From Candidatus Latescibacterota bacterium (GTDB lineage Bacteria; Latescibacterota; UBA2968), in NCBI GenBank assembly GCA_965207885.1, contig OZ242311.1, positions 4,480,001 to 4,544,000 on the forward strand: DNA of 64,000 nucleotides, given 5' to 3'. Made by a program: the position numbers and the translations under genes. The notes beneath the pieces are model-generated. The model worked only from the letters and a program-made list of their open reading frames with translations. It was not told the DNA's origin and searched no databases. The first letter of the stretch is position 1, and each line of letters starts with the position of its first letter. Positions 61,378 to 64,000 of this stretch are shown piece after piece.

Positions 61378-61631
61378 GTTGGCCTCCAGTATTTCGCAAT
61401 TTTGCTCGTGAGATAAACCGTAACGACAACACATGGATCTTTATCATCAGCAACAATGACACGCACCAGATATTTCTTACCTTTCAGATCTCTTAAGGAT
61501 TGATATGCTTTCTTTTCTCCTCGAACAGGGACAATTTGCCCCGGGTTTTCCATAATATCACGAACCCAGGCTTCTGGAATCCCTCTTCGCAACATTTCAC
61601 GTCGCGCATGTGCTGAGATATTGAACATCAT
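61374..61631 (-). CDS. DUF4258-family putative toxin
   Basis: ISAHARREMLRRGI..LVRVIV..VVTVY; 4-nt overlap with the DUF2283 gene. Confidence 0.8.
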   Translation of the reverse strand: MMFNISAHARREMLRRGIPEAWVRDIMENPGQIVPVRGEKKAYQSLRDLKGKKYLVRVIVADDKDPCVVVTVYLTSKIAKYWRPT

Positions 61632-61660
61632 AATGCAAAATTACACCTGTTTTTTTATTG

Positions 61661-62632
61661 TCATACATACCTTATATTCTTTCCCAGAGTCGCCACCATC
61701 TCACCACTTGATACCATCGGCAGCAAATTTTCCGACCAGAAAATCGACTCCTCTGGCGCGCGCAATGTCTCGAGCACATTGCCAAACGGATCGGTGATAT
61801 CCGCAACGGGATCGTCCTTTTGCAAATGATCGTAGTGCTGCGCGTGAAACTCTATAAATCCACCCCGATTGGCCAACACCGTCAAAAACCCATCCACCAC
61901 CACTTGCTTCCTGGGTATAAACGGCTCGCCCGGTATAACCCCGTAATACTTCAACACATTCTCGACACCCGTAATACCCTTTTGAATGCTCTCCCTATCC
62001 CAGCCGAGACACCCACCCAGTTCGGGATCAATCGTCGGAATCCCCTCATCGGGAGCAGAACGCGCGAGTTGGCCTTCGGGACCGCGCTGGTCGAGAATAT
62101 AGCCAATACCAAACACCTGAGCCATCTCCATACACACGCGGTGAATGCGCTTGCGCCGATCCACCCGCACGCGCACCTCGTCAATCATCGGCCGGCGCCC
62201 CCCCTGGTGCAAATCAATACAATAATCGGACTGCAGCACCGCATTGTGAAATAACCGATAGGCAATGCGCTCGCTCGACGTACCATCTTTACGCCCGGGA
62301 AAACACCGATTCATCTTTTTTTCATCAACCGGACTAAATGCCTGATGCGCGTGAAACGCGTGGAAATTGACAATCAACACCGCAATAACCCGTCCGCTCA
62401 TCACCGTTGGATCCAGCCGTTTCAACACCTGTCGAATCACGCTAATGCCATTTAACTCATCCCCATCGCTAATCGCCTGCAAATAAACCGTCGGTCCTTC
62501 CTCAGCACCATTGATCAGGGATACTGGAACTCGCGCAGGCGACCCATCCTGCATCTCAGCCACCTTCAAATAGCCATCCGTGCGCTGCCCAGACTCAGCC
62601 CGAAGATGTTCAACGCGAAGCAATTCACCCAT
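61661..62632 (-). CDS. Succinylglutamate desuccinylase/aspartoacylase family protein
   Basis: SDGDELNG, MNRCFPG, IDLHQGG, PELGG. Confidence 0.85.
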   Translation of the reverse strand: MGELLRVEHLRAESGQRTDGYLKVAEMQDGSPARVPVSLINGAEEGPTVYLQAISDGDELNGISVIRQVLKRLDPTVMSGRVIAVLIVNFHAFHAHQAFSPVDEKKMNRCFPGRKDGTSSERIAYRLFHNAVLQSDYCIDLHQGGRRPMIDEVRVRVDRRKRIHRVCMEMAQVFGIGYILDQRGPEGQLARSAPDEGIPTIDPELGGCLGWDRESIQKGITGVENVLKYYGVIPGEPFIPRKQVVVDGFLTVLANRGGFIEFHAQHYDHLQKDDPVADITDPFGNVLETLRAPEESIFWSENLLPMVSSGEMVATLGKNIRYV

Positions 62633-62744
62633 AATATTTATCGCTCCTCAAAAAAGCCGAATATCTCTTTATTTTCCCGTGTTAAAAAAACGAGTGATTC
62701 CATGTGCTGTCAACCGAAAAGAGCGTAATATTTTTTTGTTAGGT

Positions 62745-62773
62745 TTGACAACTGTCATGTGACACATTACATT
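62745..62773 (+). promoter_or_regulatory. Sigma70 promoter with a palindromic operator for higBA
   Basis: TTGACA-17 bp-TACATT; TGTCA-TG-TGACA at 62753-62764 within the spacer. Confidence 0.75.
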
Positions 62774-62780
62774 AAAAATT

Positions 62781-63062
62781 ATGATACGCACCTTTGCCAA
62801 TAGAGAAACTCAGGAACTCTTTACTGAAGGACGATCACGACGTTTACCACCTGATATAATTAGAAGAGCCATTCGCCGTCTGGAATACATCGATCTGGCC
62901 GACACTCTGGACGATTTAAAGATTCCGCCGAGCAACCGTCTTCATCCCTTAAAAGGACGCAGAAGAGGACAACATTCTATTTCCATTAACACACAATGGC
63001 GAATCTGTTTTCGATTCATTGATGGCGATGCTTATGATGTCGAAATCACTGACTATCATTAG
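62781..63062 (+). CDS. higB: HigB (RelE/ParE superfamily) toxin
   Basis: PPSNRLHPLKG.R.GQHSISIN.QWRICFRF..DVEITDYH. Confidence 0.92.
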   Translation: MIRTFANRETQELFTEGRSRRLPPDIIRRAIRRLEYIDLADTLDDLKIPPSNRLHPLKGRRRGQHSISINTQWRICFRFIDGDAYDVEITDYH

Positions 63063-63073
63063 GAGAAACCAAA

Positions 63074-63391
63074 ATGTCCATACCCAACATCCACAAACGT
63101 GAAATCCCACCAACACATCCCGGCGAGATGCTTCGAGAAGATTTCATGCCCGATTATCATTTGACCCCAACTTCACTCGCCTCTGCTCTGGGTGTTTCGC
63201 GTCAAACGGTTCATGACCTATTAAAAGAAAAACGCGCTGTCACACCTCTCATGGCCCTTCGATTATCCCGTCTATTTGGCAATTCCCCAGAATTTTGGTC
63301 GCGGGCACAGCAGTCAAGAAACCTGTGGGAATCTGAACGACAATATTTCAATGACCTCGATCACATTCATCCGCTTACACCGCAGTATTAA
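63074..63391 (+). CDS. higA: HigA antitoxin
   Basis: PTHPGEMLREDFM, HTH, MALRLSRLFGNSPEFW. Confidence 0.92.
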   Translation: MSIPNIHKREIPPTHPGEMLREDFMPDYHLTPTSLASALGVSRQTVHDLLKEKRAVTPLMALRLSRLFGNSPEFWSRAQQSRNLWESERQYFNDLDHIHPLTPQY

Positions 63392-63395
63392 ATTT

Positions 63396-63429
63396 AAAAA
63401 GAGCCGATCCATTTCCGGACCAGCTCTTT
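63396..63429. terminator. Probable terminator between converging genes
   Basis: AAAAAGAGC...GCTCTTT imperfect hairpin. Confidence 0.5.
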
Positions 63430-63488
63430 CACTTATGACACCAATGGCAAACCCGCTTGGACAGACGAATCAGAAATTTTCTAACGCA

Positions 63489-64000
63489 TCAAAACGCAAA
63501 TCCGATTGCCGTATAAATCCGGATATCCTTTTTTTCTGTGCTCACAATATCAATGCGAATGGGGCCAAAAATCTTTGTGCTGATATAACTACCAATACCA
63601 AAACCGTGGATACGGGTATATGGCTGATCCGGATTGGAAGGCAAATTGTAAAGACCGCCCTGATAGAAAATTCCAACAGCACTGCGCGGTATGGATTCCC
63701 AAAATCTCAGGTGGCTCCAAATAGAAATGCCTGCTGAGACGAACCTGAAAGCTGACAGTTCATCTCGCCGGAGACCGACAACGCGCAATGCTGCGTTACT
63801 CAAGTGTCCTGCACCACCTAATGCGAAATTTTCCTCAAACGGTGCAGGCTGTGTCACATAGCCTCCGTGAGACCAGAGGCCCACACTCAATTGCGGATGG
63901 GGGCTGGCGAAGTACGCGAGTTGTGTTTGCACCTGCTTATGTAAAAATGTCCGATGAACCCATTTCCCCTGAGTTTGAAAATAGATGCCTTGTCTTGGCA
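63489..64000 (-). CDS. C-terminal part of an Omp85/BamA-type outer-membrane beta-barrel protein (5'-partial; possibly a patatin fusion)
   Basis: FALGG, GFGIG..STKIFGPIRID, ends IYTAIGFAF (C-terminal Phe beta-signal). Confidence 0.65.
   Translation of the reverse strand, partial: PRQGIYFQTQGKWVHRTFLHKQVQTQLAYFASPHPQLSVGLWSHGGYVTQPAPFEENFALGGAGHLSNAALRVVGLRRDELSAFRFVSAGISIWSHLRFWESIPRSAVGIFYQGGLYNLPSNPDQPYTRIHGFGIGSYISTKIFGPIRIDIVSTEKKDIRIYTAIGFAF

Overview
Bacterial chromosome window. The gene content (dockerin/EF-hand-like, cadherin, FN3, LRR and spondin domains, several sulfatases and PhyH-family dioxygenases, futalosine menaquinone pathway) resembles marine-sponge-associated Latescibacterota/Gemmatimonadota-type genomes, but that taxonomy is inference only. 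1-14.8 kb: a >2490-aa surface protein missing from the ORF track (dockerin-like, six cadherin+FN3 units, GH5, CBM-like, LRR). Upstream of it are two paralogous soluble beta-propeller/Y_Y_Y/sigma54-activator genes. Each of the three genes is preceded by a homologous promoter module: two consensus sigma54 -24/-12 sites and one decayed copy, which suggests a regulatory cascade. 14.9-21.2 kb: STAS-wHTH, nurA, HAS-barrel, herA, GT2 and aminotransferase operon. Next come queE, an oxidoreductase, a complete IS4-family element with TIRs and a 9-bp TSD, and a housekeeping block (thrS-infC-rpmI-rplT, zapB-like/zapA, rny, ymdB-like, xseAB, nadK, recN, frameshifted mqnE, mqnC, mqnA). 39.9-40.8 kb: an unexplained module, a stand-alone sigma70-region-4 HTH gene flanked by 22-bp repeats and two strong-RBS micro-ORFs. 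The rest holds rarA, a DUF3604-like gene, a spondin lipoprotein, an HsdR_N-like nuclease, a structured palindromic element, a sulfatase/PhyH/arylsulfotransferase cluster (one PhyH has a halogenase-type HxG motif), two TA pairs and a partial outer-membrane barrel gene. All assignments come from reading motifs by eye; no database search was run.
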